A stretch of DNA of 63,856 nt, counting the filler, from Octopus bimaculoides (Eukaryota), in NCBI RefSeq assembly GCF_001194135.2. It is 9 parts of 8 records of this genome, joined end to end, with 100 filler letters (N's around TTAATTAATTAA, not from the genome) between each part and the next. Parts side by side here need not be neighbours in the genome. Positions count along the whole stretch, not along the records: positions 25,596 to 53,315 come from NC_069007.1; 8 more parts are not named here. The stretch is one strand, 5' to 3'. A program made the position numbers and the translations under genes. Below, in pieces: positions 38,394 to 49,291 of the stretch (positions are counted from its first letter, which is position 1; every line of letters begins with the position of its first letter). The notes under the pieces were generated by a model that was given only the letters and a program-made list of their open reading frames with translations, was not told the origin of the DNA and did not search any database.

Positions 38394-38425
<32 letters not shown>

Positions 38426-38744
38426 ATATACATAGGTAGATATGTATGTGTGTATGTATTTATATATGTATATATGTATATGTGTTGTGTGTGTGTGTGT
38501 GTGTGCGCGCGTAAATATGTATGTACGGATGAATGGATGGAAGAGTGTGCTATACGTATGTGTGTGTGTCCGTTTATCGTTCGTTTGATTCTAAAATGTA
38601 TCGATGTTATCATATATACACTCGTACACTCAAACCTAATAACCATTACTTCAGTCAATGTTGCTGCTTCATTACAACCAATATCCAATATAAATAATAT
38701 TATACTTAATCTAATATCGGTTTGGCCCTTTTTGCTTTGAAGAT

Positions 38745-39360
38745 CTCTCTCTCTCTCTCTCACTCACTCACTCATTTTCTCTCTCCTTGTATTTCTCTTT
38801 CACTTTCTCTCTTCCCTCTCCCTCTATTTTTCTTTCCCACTTTCTCTCTCTCTCTCTCTCTCTCTCTGTTTCTTTCTTTCTCTTTTTCTCTCTCTCCGCT
38901 TTCTTTCTTTCCCTCTATTTCTCTCTCTCCGCTTTCTTTCTTTCCCTCTATTTCTCTCTCTCTGTTTCTATTCGTCTGTCTCCCTCCATCTCACTAAGTA
39001 TCTCTCTCTCTCTCTCTCTCTCCCTTTCTCTTTCGTTGTTACTCTCTCACTTTCTCTCTCGCTCTTTCTTTCTGTCTATCTCTCTCTTTCTCCCTTTCTC
39101 CCTTTTTCTCTCTCTTTTTCTCACTTCCAGTCTCTCTCTCCATTTCTTCTCTCTCTCTCTGTCTGCTTTTCTGTCTCCCTATCTATTTCTCTCTTTCCCT
39201 CTCTCTCTTTGTCTCACACTTTCTCTTTTTCCCTCTTTTGCTAATTTTCTCTTTCTCTCTCTCTCTCTCACCTTCCCCCTTCTCTCTTTACCCCCTCTCT
39301 CTCTCTCTCACCTTCCCTCCTTCTCTCTTTACCCCTCTCTCTCTCTCTCTCTTTCTGTTT
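38745..39360. repeat. Polypyrimidine (CT)-rich tract
   Basis: Direct inspection. Confidence 0.9.
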
Positions 39361-39630
39361 TATATATTTTAGTAAGGAAACGACAAAGAAGAAACAATAA
39401 TTCGGGCAAAAAACACCTTTGAGACATAACAACCATATATATCTCCTAAATTATGAAACATGGAAGGCAGAAAATAATAGCAATATTTCTACTCCCCACA
39501 CAAGGCCTGAAACTTTGAAGGGAGAAAGTAAGTCGATTATATCGACCCCCGTATTTCACTGGTACATTATTTTATCGACAACGAAGGGACGAAAGATAAA
39601 GTCTAGCTCGGAGAAATTTCGCTCACTTTC

Positions 39631-39681
<51 letters not shown>

Positions 39682-39799
39682 GTACCAGGCAGTGGCTCTC
39701 ATGGCTTCTGATCTTAATTGATTGAAAGTGTTATCATGTACATTATTTTGTCTTGGAATAACAAAAGAAAAAAGATCAAAAGGTCGCAGAAAATGAGAA

Positions 39800-40253
39800 A
39801 CCAAAAAACTATGGGATACGCCAATGCACACAAATAGAGAATTTAAGGCCAATAGACCAGATATAGTTGCCAAAGATCATGAAGAAAAAATCACTTTCCA
39901 ATTGATGTATCATTGCCAACAGGTGACAACGTTTCTCTAAAAGAAATGGAGAAACTTTCAAAATACAAAGACCTGGAAATACAGGTAACTCGAATGTGGA
40001 GTCTAAAAACAGAAACAATTCCTACCATAGTAGGCGCATTAGGTACGATAAAAAATATTCGGACAAATATATGCCGAAAACACCAAGACTTACAAATACA
40101 TATAACATACAGAAAATAGCACTACTAGGCACCGCACACATCCTACGTAAAACACTTTCAAAACACTTTCAACTATAAGAACATTACAACAAACTACAGC
40201 ACATACCCAACGCACACAGAGCTGCGCTCGGTAGTGCGAGCTCACCGTCCTTG

Positions 40254-40255
<2 letters not shown>
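39800..40255 (+). mobile_element. R4/Dong-like 3' end (REL endonuclease and 3' UTR) followed by (TAA)n
   Basis: ANRPDIVAKD..DNVSLKEMEKLSKYKDLEIQVTRMWSLK..IVGALG..IQKIALLGTAHILRKTLS; 3' UTR GAGCTGCGCTCGGTAGTG. Confidence 0.85.
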
Positions 40256-40307
<52 letters not shown>

Positions 40308-40337
40308 GCCCTGATGCAGTACTAAGCAGTGGCTCTC

Positions 40338-40837
40338 ATGGCTTACGAAGCTCAGGACTAAAAGCAGAGAGTGAAGGTTTTATACTGGCTGCTCAAGACC
40401 AAAGTTTATTAACCCGGAACTACCAAGCCAATGTGATAAAAAAATGGTGCTGACCCAAAATGCCGATTCTGTAACGATGCAATTGAAACTATAGACCACC
40501 TAATCTCAGGGTGTAGAGTCTTAGCACCTGTAGAATATAAAGCAAGACATGACAGAGTCGGTCAGTATTTACACTGGACAATATGTCGGCATTATAAAAT
40601 CAAAACCGCTGACAAATGGTATAAACACCATCCTGAAGCTGTGACTGAGGGAGAAAATGTGTCGATTCTCTGGGACTTCCCCGTACATACCGACAAGACT
40701 ATAAAAGCTAATAAACCGGATATTATTATAAAAGACCAGACAAAGAAGATGTGTTTATTAATTGACATGAGTATTCCATGTGATCATAATATAGCGGCGA
40801 AAGAATTTGCCAAGATCAGTAAATATAAAGACTTGCT
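40338..40837 (+). mobile_element. R4/Dong-like fragment (CCHC and REL)
   Basis: SSGLKAESEGFILAAQDQSL..CRFCNDAIETIDHLISGC..RHDRV..WDFPVHTDKTIKANKPDIIIKD..LIDMSIPCD..KISKYKDL. Confidence 0.88.
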
Positions 40838-40964
40838 NNNNNNNNNNTATCGCTGTGAAAATAACATCCATTAATGAATTTATTTATTTATTTATTTTAA
40901 ATACATATTTTACCTGTGAATTTGCATGTGAATTTGAACAGTGACAATGAATCTCTTAATGCTG

Positions 40965-41300
40965 GAGATGTAAGTATTTCATGTGGCGTTTTCCAGGGTG
41001 ACTCTCTAACACCACTCCTTTTTGTCTAGCCTTAATACCTCTCTCGAAATTGCCCAATGATGCACAGTACGGTTATAAAAGTTTTTGATAAAAATATGGA
41101 TCATCTCATTTACATGGATGATTTAAAGCTCTTTGCAAAAAATGACTAACAATTACAGGGATTTCTAGCGATTGTTAAACAATTCAGTGATGACATCAGG
41201 ATGCAATTTTGCCTGGATAAATGTGCAAAAGCTACCTTTATCAAAGGAAAATGACAGAAACATCTAACGTTAACCTTGACCAGCAGAATGTCATAAACGA
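40965..41300 (+). mobile_element. R4/Dong-like reverse transcriptase core fragment
   Basis: FQGDSLTPLLFCLALIPL and HLIYMDDLKLFAK (YMDD at 41111-41122), ..LDKCAK. Confidence 0.88.
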
Positions 41301-41717
41301 GTTAGAAACAAGGAAAATGCCCCTTGTATTTGAATACTATGCAAATATTCTTTTAAAAAGACTTTTCTTTTAATTTTTCCAAAATTTAATTGCTTTCCAT
41401 TCTTACAGTTGAAAAAGTCTCAATGACTGAAACCGGTACTGAAATGGTTTTTATAAAATTATTTTAGCATTTTCTACCTTGACTTTTTTTCCATATATAT
41501 CAACTCGTGTGTTCCTTTTCAACCTTCTACATATATATACATATGTATGTATGTATGTATGTATGTNNNNNNNNNNNNNNNNNNNNNNNNNNNNNNNNNN
41601 NNNNNNNNNNNNNNNNNNNNNNNNNNNNNNNNNNNNNNNNNNNNNNNNNNNNNTATATATACTGATATCAATATAAATATAGATATATACATACACATGC
41701 ACACATAGTTTTATAAA

Positions 41718-41763
<46 letters not shown>

Positions 41764-42169
41764 GTGTTATCCACACGCATATACATATACCTACATACGA
41801 ACACACACAGAGAGAACTATCATAATTACATAGCATACAAATATTTAGCTGTTCGGTAGGAGCGCATTCTTCAGAAAAAAACGAACAATATTTTCTGGCC
41901 GCGATATTATATAAACTTCTCAATCAGCGATAAGCTTCCATCGCTGCCTCTTCTATGCCGAAACTCCAAGTTGCCAATCAGCACGTATCGGGGTTTAATG
42001 TGATAGTGGTGAGATACAGCCATTAAGGTTAATTGTAGCCAGTGGCGAGGGTGACATGTACAGGCAACGTTAAGTTCGGCTGCTGGGTAGAGGATTTAGC
42101 GTCAATACCTGACCAGGTGGTTATAGTCACGTGTGGGGATTTAATTTAGGATTATTGGTTCGGCTTGAA

Positions 42170-42837
42170 AGGTGCAGTGTGTGTGTGTGTGTGTGAGTGT
42201 GTCATTGTGTGTGTATGATTGTGGGTGTGTGGTTGTATATGCGTGCGTATCTGTGAGTGAGTTTATGAGAATGTGTGAGTTGTTTGTGATTGGTTTTATA
42301 GCGAGTCCATGTTTATCTGTTTGTATTCTTTGGAACAGTTGCATGCGTTTGTGTGTGCATGTGTTCGTATAAGTCTGTGTATGCGTACATTTTTATACCT
42401 GTATTTCAGTATACGTGCGTACACGTTTGCTTGTGTGTATGTGAGGGTTTGTGTATGTGTGTTTGTATATGTGCATGTTTTTTTATGTGTGTATTTATTG
42501 TATATGTGCGTGTGCATGCATGTCTGTATAAGGGCGTACGTTTATAACTGTGGTTCAGCATGCGTATGTGCCTATGTGCACATATGTTAGTAAATATATG
42601 TGTGTGTATGTGTGTGTGATTATGTTTGTTATTATTGCTAATATGTGTGTATGGGGAAATATTTTCACGTGTGCATGTGTATATTTGTGAGTGTTGCGTC
42701 TCTGTATGTGTATATGTTTATACCTGAATTTCTGTACACGCACGGGCGCATGTGGCCATGTACTGATGTGTGTACAACTGCACACGCGTGTGCGTGCGTG
42801 GGTATGTGTGTATGTGTGTGTGTGACTGTATGTGTGA

Positions 42838-42905
<68 letters not shown>

Positions 42906-42910
42906 GTGCA
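42170..42910. repeat. Degenerate (GT)-rich tract
   Basis: Direct inspection. Confidence 0.85.
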
Positions 42911-43170
42911 TGAATGAGAATTTTGGGAATTAACGATAATTAATGATGCTTTAAAAAGTTTACCAAAAGAAAACTCTTGTGCAATTCTTACGCGGTTCTC
43001 ACCAGACATTTTTATAGGAATATAAACACTTGCTCCATCATGGATGGCGTCGACGCCGTCAGCATTGTCATGGCTACCACCAATACCGCCACCACCACCA
43101 CTACCAGCATCATCAACATCGTCCTCGTCCTTGCTAGAGTTAAGCGTGATTTTTCATCACCGTAATAATA

Positions 43171-43219
<49 letters not shown>

Positions 43220-43282
43220 TAATAATCCTTTCTACTATAACGATTTCTACTATAACGATTCTGCCAGCTCGCCGTTCTTGAT

Positions 43283-43327
<45 letters not shown>

Positions 43328-43469
43328 TGATTTTTAAAATCTCAATCGCAGGATAATGCTAATAATATAGCTTGAACAGGATAAACTACCCCTANNNNNN
43401 NNNNATAATGCTAATAATATAGCTTGAACAGGATAAACTACCCCTATTTTACAGAAAAAAGTGTAGGTG

Positions 43470-43542
43470 GTTAGCTGTGGACTCGAACTCACATCTCCGT
43501 GATTACGCGTCACGATGCTCTGGCCGATTGAGCTAAACTCCC
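43470..43542 (-). pseudogene. tRNA-like sequence (Thr-CGT-like), degenerate
   Basis: D arm GCTC/GAGC, anticodon stem CGTGA/TCACG with loop CGCGTAA, T loop GTTCGAGTC; mismatched acceptor stem and 1-nt deletion in T stem; T6 run ~10 bp downstream. Confidence 0.65.
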
Positions 43543-43593
43543 ACACTACAGATTCCTCTGCAAATAATAATAATAATAATAATAATGATGATG

Positions 43594-43649
<56 letters not shown>

Positions 43650-43650
<1 letters not shown>

Positions 43651-44339
43651 TCTAGAAAAAATAGAGAACAAGAGAAAAGATCTGACAATCCCTAACGAAA
43701 CTAATAGACAATCTACACTACTAAGTAACAAGAAGAGAACAAAAATACTGTGTAAATACAAAATTACAGAAAAAGGTTTACCTGAGGTAAAAGAAAAGCT
43801 AAAGCAAGATGTCCTGGCCAAAACACAAAGGATCCGCCGGTATGAGAAACGCCAACGTTTCTTTGAACAAAACAAACAGTTCAACTCCAACCCCAAAAGA
43901 TTCTACCTAGAACTTGGCAAAAATAAAATAGACATAAATGCAGCACCAACAGCAGAAGAAGTGGAAGAGTTTTGGGAATGAAATATGGTCAGCGAAGGAA
44001 CGACCTCAGAAAAGATCTATGAAAACAACGAACTCCGCACCTGAACAACTCTGGGCCCCTATAACAACTGAAGAGGTCATCAAGGCACTGCAAAGACTAA
44101 GCAACTGGAAGGCACCCGGGTTACGATAAGATCCTCAACTTCTGGTTAAAATATCTGACAGGAACACATAAAAAGCTGGCTGAGAAATTTAATGACATAC
44201 CAGCAGAGCCAGAGACAATGCCTGAATGGCTCACGGAAGGGAAAACTATCCTAATTCCCAGCCGCAGAAAGAAGATGGGTCTAAGTATGGCCTGAATCGA
44301 TTACCGAAAGACATTTGATAGTATTCCCCACACATGGGA

Positions 44340-44340
<1 letters not shown>
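43650..44340 (+). mobile_element. R4/Dong-like fragment upstream of and into RT, bounded by (TAA)n on both sides
   Basis: KEKLKQDVLAKTQRIRRYEKR..QNKQFNSNPKRFY..ITTEEVIKAL..NWKAPG..WLTEGKTILIP..IDYRKTFDSIPHTW. Confidence 0.85.
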
Positions 44341-44376
<36 letters not shown>

Positions 44377-44451
44377 GTGAAGATGATGATGATGGTGATG
44401 ATGGTGATGATGGTGATGATGATGATGATGATGGTGATGGTGATGATGATG

Positions 44452-44483
<32 letters not shown>

Positions 44484-45213
44484 GGCTNNNNNNNNNNNNN
44501 NNNNNNNNNNNNNNNNNNNNNNNNNNNNNNNNNNNNNNNNNNNNNNNNNNNNNNNNNNNNNNNNNNNNNNNNNNNNNNNNNNNNNNNNNNNNNNNNNNNN
44601 NNNNNNNNNNNNNNNNNNNNNNNNNNNNNNNNNNNNNNNNNNNNNNNNNNNNNNNNNNNNNNNNNNNNNNNNNNNNNNNNNNNNNNNNNNNNNNNNNNNN
44701 NNNNNNNNNNNNNNNNNNNNNNNNNNNNNNNNNNNNNNNNNNNNNNNNNNNNNNNNNNNNNNNNNNNNNNNNNNNNNNNNNNNNNNNNNNNNNNNNNNNN
44801 NNNNNNNNNNNNNNNNNNNNNNNNNNNNNNNNNNNNNNNNNNNNNNNNNNNNNNNNNNNNNNNNNNNNNNNNNNNNNNNNNNNNNNNNNNNNNNNNNNNN
44901 NNNNNNNNNNNNNNNNNNNNNNNNNNNNNNNNNNNNNNNNNNNNNNNNNNNNNNNNNNNNNNNNNNNNNNNNNNNNNNNNNNNNNNNNNNNNNNNNNNNN
45001 NNNNNNNNNNNNNNNNNNNNNNNNNNNNNNNNNNNNNNNNNNNNNNNNNNNNNNNNNNNNNNNNNNNNNNNNNNNNNNNNNNNNNNNNNNNNNNNNNNNN
45101 NNNNNNNNNNNNNNNNNNNNNNNNNNNNNNNNNNNNNNNNNNNNNNNNNGGGTATAATGGGCTTCGTATATTTTACCCCAGTGTCACTTTGATGGCATTC
45201 ACTGCTCTCACTC

Positions 45214-45250
<37 letters not shown>

Positions 45251-45325
45251 GTGAAGATGATGATGATGGTGATGATGGTGATGATGGTGATGATGATGAT
45301 GATGATGGTGATGGTGATGATGATG

Positions 45326-45355
<30 letters not shown>

Positions 45356-45357
<2 letters not shown>

Positions 45358-46035
45358 GGCTGAGAGGCTCAGGACACAAAGCAGAGAATGAAGAATTTTT
45401 AATTGCAGCACAAGACCAAAGCCTTCCCACCGGAAATACAACGAGTAACTGCAAAATATATGGTGATGGAGAAGAGATAATAAATTATATTGTCTCTGAC
45501 TGCCCAGTCCTGGCTAAGAAGGAATATATTCACAGACATGACAGAGTTGGGACCTACATACACTGGAAGCTATGCCAACACGATGGAATAACAATAGGAA
45601 AAAAATAGTATCGGCATACCTCAGAAAAGGTCACCAAAAATGAGAAAGCAACCATACACTGGCATATGTCAATACACACAGAAAAATCAAGGTTAAAATG
45701 CCGGATATAGCTGTCAGAGATCTCCAAGAAAAAAGTGCTTTCTAATCGATGTATCAATACCAACAGATGACAATGTTTCTCTAAAAGAAACGGAGAAACT
45801 TTCAAAATATAAAGATCTGGAAATATAGGTAACTTGAATGTAGAGCCTAAAAACGAACAATTCCTGTTATCGTGGGCGCATTAGGTATGATAAAAAAAAA
45901 CATATTCAGATAAATACAGAACAAATACATCAGGACTTCTGTCAAACAATTTAACCACAAAAAAACCACAGCACAAACCCAATGCACAGAGCTCGGCTCG
46001 GTAATGCAGTGAAAACACGTGATAAAAATAAGACT
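45356..46035 (+). mobile_element. R4/Dong-like 3' fragment (CCHC, REL, 3' UTR)
   Basis: WLRGSGHKAENEEFLIAAQDQSL..CPVLAKKEYIHRHDRV..PDI..LIDVSIPTDDNVSLKETEKLSKYKDLEI. Confidence 0.85.
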
Positions 46036-46645
46036 ACTGAAGAAGAAGAAGAAGAAGAAGAAGAAGAAGAAGAAATGAATAAATAAATCTCTGAACACAA
46101 GCAGAAAATAATGGGGGTGCATCATAGCCATGTGGTGGGAAGAATTCTTTGGGGTTTGAATAATTCACCTCTGGGAACATTGTGCTTCTTTCAACACCAT
46201 TAAACAACCCTTATTCAGGGACCTTTTGAGTGGGATTGGCTACTCGACGTGAAGAAAATTCTAACCGGGCCCNNNNNNNNNNNNNNNNNNNNNNNNNNNN
46301 NNNNNNNNNNNNNNNNNNNNNNNNNNNNNNNNNNNNNNNNNNNNNNNNNNNNNNNNNNNNNNNNNNNNNNNNNNNNNNNNNNNNNNNNNNNNNNNNNNNN
46401 NNNNNNNNNNNNNNNNNNNNNNNNNNNNNNNNNNNNNNNNNNNNNNNNNNNNNNNNNNNNNNNNNNNNNNNNNNNNNNNNNNNNNNNNNNNNNNNNNNNN
46501 NNNNNNNNNNNNNNNNNNNNNNNNNNNNNNNNNNNNNNNNNNNNNNNNNNNNNNNNNNNNNNNNNNNNNNNNNNNNNNNNNNNNNNNNNNNNNNNNNNNN
46601 NNNNNNNNNNNNNNNNNNNNNNNNNNNNNNNNNNNNNNNNNNNNN

Positions 46646-46870
46646 AATAAAAAAAATATTCAGACAAATACATAACAAAAATACCAGGACTTACAAGTAT
46701 ATATAACATACAGAAAATTGCACTACTAGGTACTGCACACATCCTACGCAAAACACTTTGAATACAGTAACCATAAGAGCATCACAGTAAACCACAGCAC
46801 ATACCCAAGGCACACAGAGCTGCGCTCGGTAGTGAAGTGAAAGCACGTTATAAAAATAAAACTACTGAAC
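46646..46870 (+). mobile_element. R4/Dong-like extreme 3' end followed by (TAA)n
   Basis: IYNIQKIALLGTAHILRKTL*; 3' UTR ..AGCACGTTATAAAAATAAAACTACTGAAC then (AAT)n. Confidence 0.85.
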
Positions 46871-46904
<34 letters not shown>

Positions 46905-46909
<5 letters not shown>

Positions 46910-47122
46910 CCTTCCTACTATAGGCACAAATCCTGAAATTTGGGGTAGGAAACTAATCGATTACATCGACCCTAGTGTTCCACTGGTGCTTAATTTATCG
47001 TCCTCGACAGGATGAAAGGCAAAAACAACCTTGGCGGAATTTGAACTCAGAAAGTAGCGGCAGACGAATTACTGCTAAGTATTTCTCCCGGCGTCCTAAC
47101 GATACTGCCAGCTCGCCGCCTT
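46905..47122 (-). mobile_element. Meta-like tRNA SINE flanked by (TAA)n on both sides
   Basis: GATGAAAGGC..GGAATTTGAACTCAG..CTGCCAGCTCGCCGCCTT. Confidence 0.8.
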
Positions 47123-47328
47123 AATAATAATAATAATGATTTCATTTATATGCCACCATGCGAAGGATGAGGGGACAATGCAAAAACAGACATAAAGTGT
47201 GGTGGGGTTTACATATAATGGAAGGATAAAATAAAAAGTATACACGGTATACATTAGTATACATAGTATTTGACACATAGTCTATGACACTAGAAAAAGA
47301 GGTAAAAAAAGGATCGTTACGGGGGATC

Positions 47329-47488
47329 TCATGAAATAAGACTTGCATATAGTTCTACCGATTACATTGGGGCTATTTTTCAAAATGCCTCAGCTCCGGC
47401 GCGCAAAATTCCGGAAACAATTCTGCAGAGAATAATTCACTGCAGTATATTTTAATCGGTAGAACTATATACAAGTCTTATTTCATGA
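47329..47488. mobile_element. Small fold-back element with 36-bp inverted arms (1 mismatch)
   Basis: TCATGAAATAAGACTTGCATATAGTTCTACCGATTA (47329-47364) versus TAATCGGTAGAACTATATACAAGTCTTATTTCATGA (47453-47488). Confidence 0.75.
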
Positions 47489-48988
47489 AGACAATTCGTG
47501 TATAGTTCTGCAAATTATATTGATTCTAGAACGACTGTGCTGATGAGAACACGGATGTTGTTACGTAAGTAAAACGTTAATGTCGAAAGCGGTACACAAT
47601 TAATTCTTTATTCTATGTTTCTCATTTTGTCCTACCCGCTTATGTTCTAGTGTTTGCTGATTTTTTTTTTCTGGAGAACATGATTTTTCTTTTGTGGTTG
47701 GGTCGTTGATGATTTCTTTCTAGCATATCGGATGTCCACTTAGTGGTCATCCCTTCTTATACACAAGTAATACAATTTTTCTGAATTTTCAGATTTTTTT
47801 TTATATGCTAGGCCACTTGGTTTTAAATTGAATTAATATTCAATTTATCACCCTATTTTCTGAATTTTCAGATTTTTTTTTATATGCTAGGCCACTTGGT
47901 TTTAAATTGAATTAATATTCAATTTATCACCCTATTCATAATTTAAATAGTTATATTCTCCAGTCGGCAACAATAATATTGGTTGCCGAACGAGGCTAGC
48001 AGAACCGTTAGCACGCCAGGCAAAATACTTAGCAGCATTTCGTCCGTCATTCCGTCGTGAGGTCAACTCTGCTTTTCATCCTTTCAGAATCAAGATAAAC
48101 ACCAGTTGAGCACTGGGGTCGATGTAATTAATTTACCCGCTTCCGCTTCAGAACATAAAACCTTATGATATATAAAAAAAAAAAACGTTTATTAATGGCT
48201 TCTCCAAAATATCAGCCATTCATAAATTTTTGTATCATTTCCAAGTTATTTATTTATTTACATTGCTTTAATCTTGTCGGCGGTTGTTCTTGATGTTGCT
48301 GTCGTTAACAATGTTGTTTAACCTCATGTTAGATCTAATCCAGTAGATTCATAACCCAAGGCCTTTCGGTCCTCGGCATGTCGCCTTTTCTATTTATACC
48401 ACACGCTTATATTATCTCTAATGCTTTCTTGTATATTGAATGCCGTATTCTCATTGAATCTATTCAAGATATACAAAATAGATTTAATGAAAGGCATACA
48501 TTTTGTTTAAGCTTGTCTCTAAGTTTAGTGTTTGTTTGTCGTCTGGTTTTACACACACACACACACATATAATATACGCGTGTTTATTTTTTTGTATTGG
48601 AACTCAGCAAAACAAAACCTCCGCCGCCGCCGTCGCTGCCCCCCCCCCGCCACTCTTTCTTTTTCGTGATTGAAAATAGCATCAAAATTCTTGAAGACCA
48701 GAAACGTTTAGAAAACAGCTGTTTCGAGTCGATATTTCCGCGCCAATCGATCTTCACGATTCTGTCTATATCTTAGTGTCGCTGTCTGTCTGTCTCTCTC
48801 TATCTCTCACTGTATCTTCCCCCACCTCCTCTCTCTCTCTCAATCTATTTATTTCGCCTGTTCTCTTTCTCTGTCTCTCAATATCTCTCTCTCTCTCTCT
48901 CTCTTTCCCTCTCTCTACTCAATCTGTCTATTTATTTATCTATCTATATGTGTGTGAGTGTGTATAAACATATATATTTGTATATGTA

Positions 48989-49054
<66 letters not shown>

Positions 49055-49185
49055 CCTTGCCTCCACCCTTTCCCTCATTCCTGCCCTCCCTCTCACTCAC
49101 TATCTCTCTCTCTCTCACTTTCTCTCATTATCGTCCTCTCTCTCATGTCCTCACAGCCCTTACTTCTTCTGCGCAAGCCGTGCCT

Positions 49186-49192
49186 TATATAA
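49186..49192 (+). promoter_or_regulatory. Candidate TATA box
   Basis: TATATAA 57 bp upstream of the signal-peptide ATG, in non-microsatellite context (GTGCCTTATATAAGCGC). Confidence 0.55.
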
Positions 49193-49242
49193 GCGCTTCA
49201 ACTCGGCCCATACAATGCTCTGCTATCACTCAACCTAACAAT

Positions 49243-49291
49243 ATGCTCCGTCTTATCTGCTTGTCAATCCTTGCTTTTGTGGCTTTCGCAG
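49243..49291 (+). CDS. Putative first coding exon encoding a signal peptide (MLRLICLSILAFVAFA|G)
   Basis: Context ACAATATG; n-region R, hydrophobic core and small-residue A-F-A end; donor CAG|GTAATA in phase 1. Confidence 0.65.

Noticed and set aside
42977-43165. GC-richer ORF MDGVDAVSIVMATT..
   Set aside because: It grades into ACC/ATC microsatellite; no recognisable domain or consistent splice sites.
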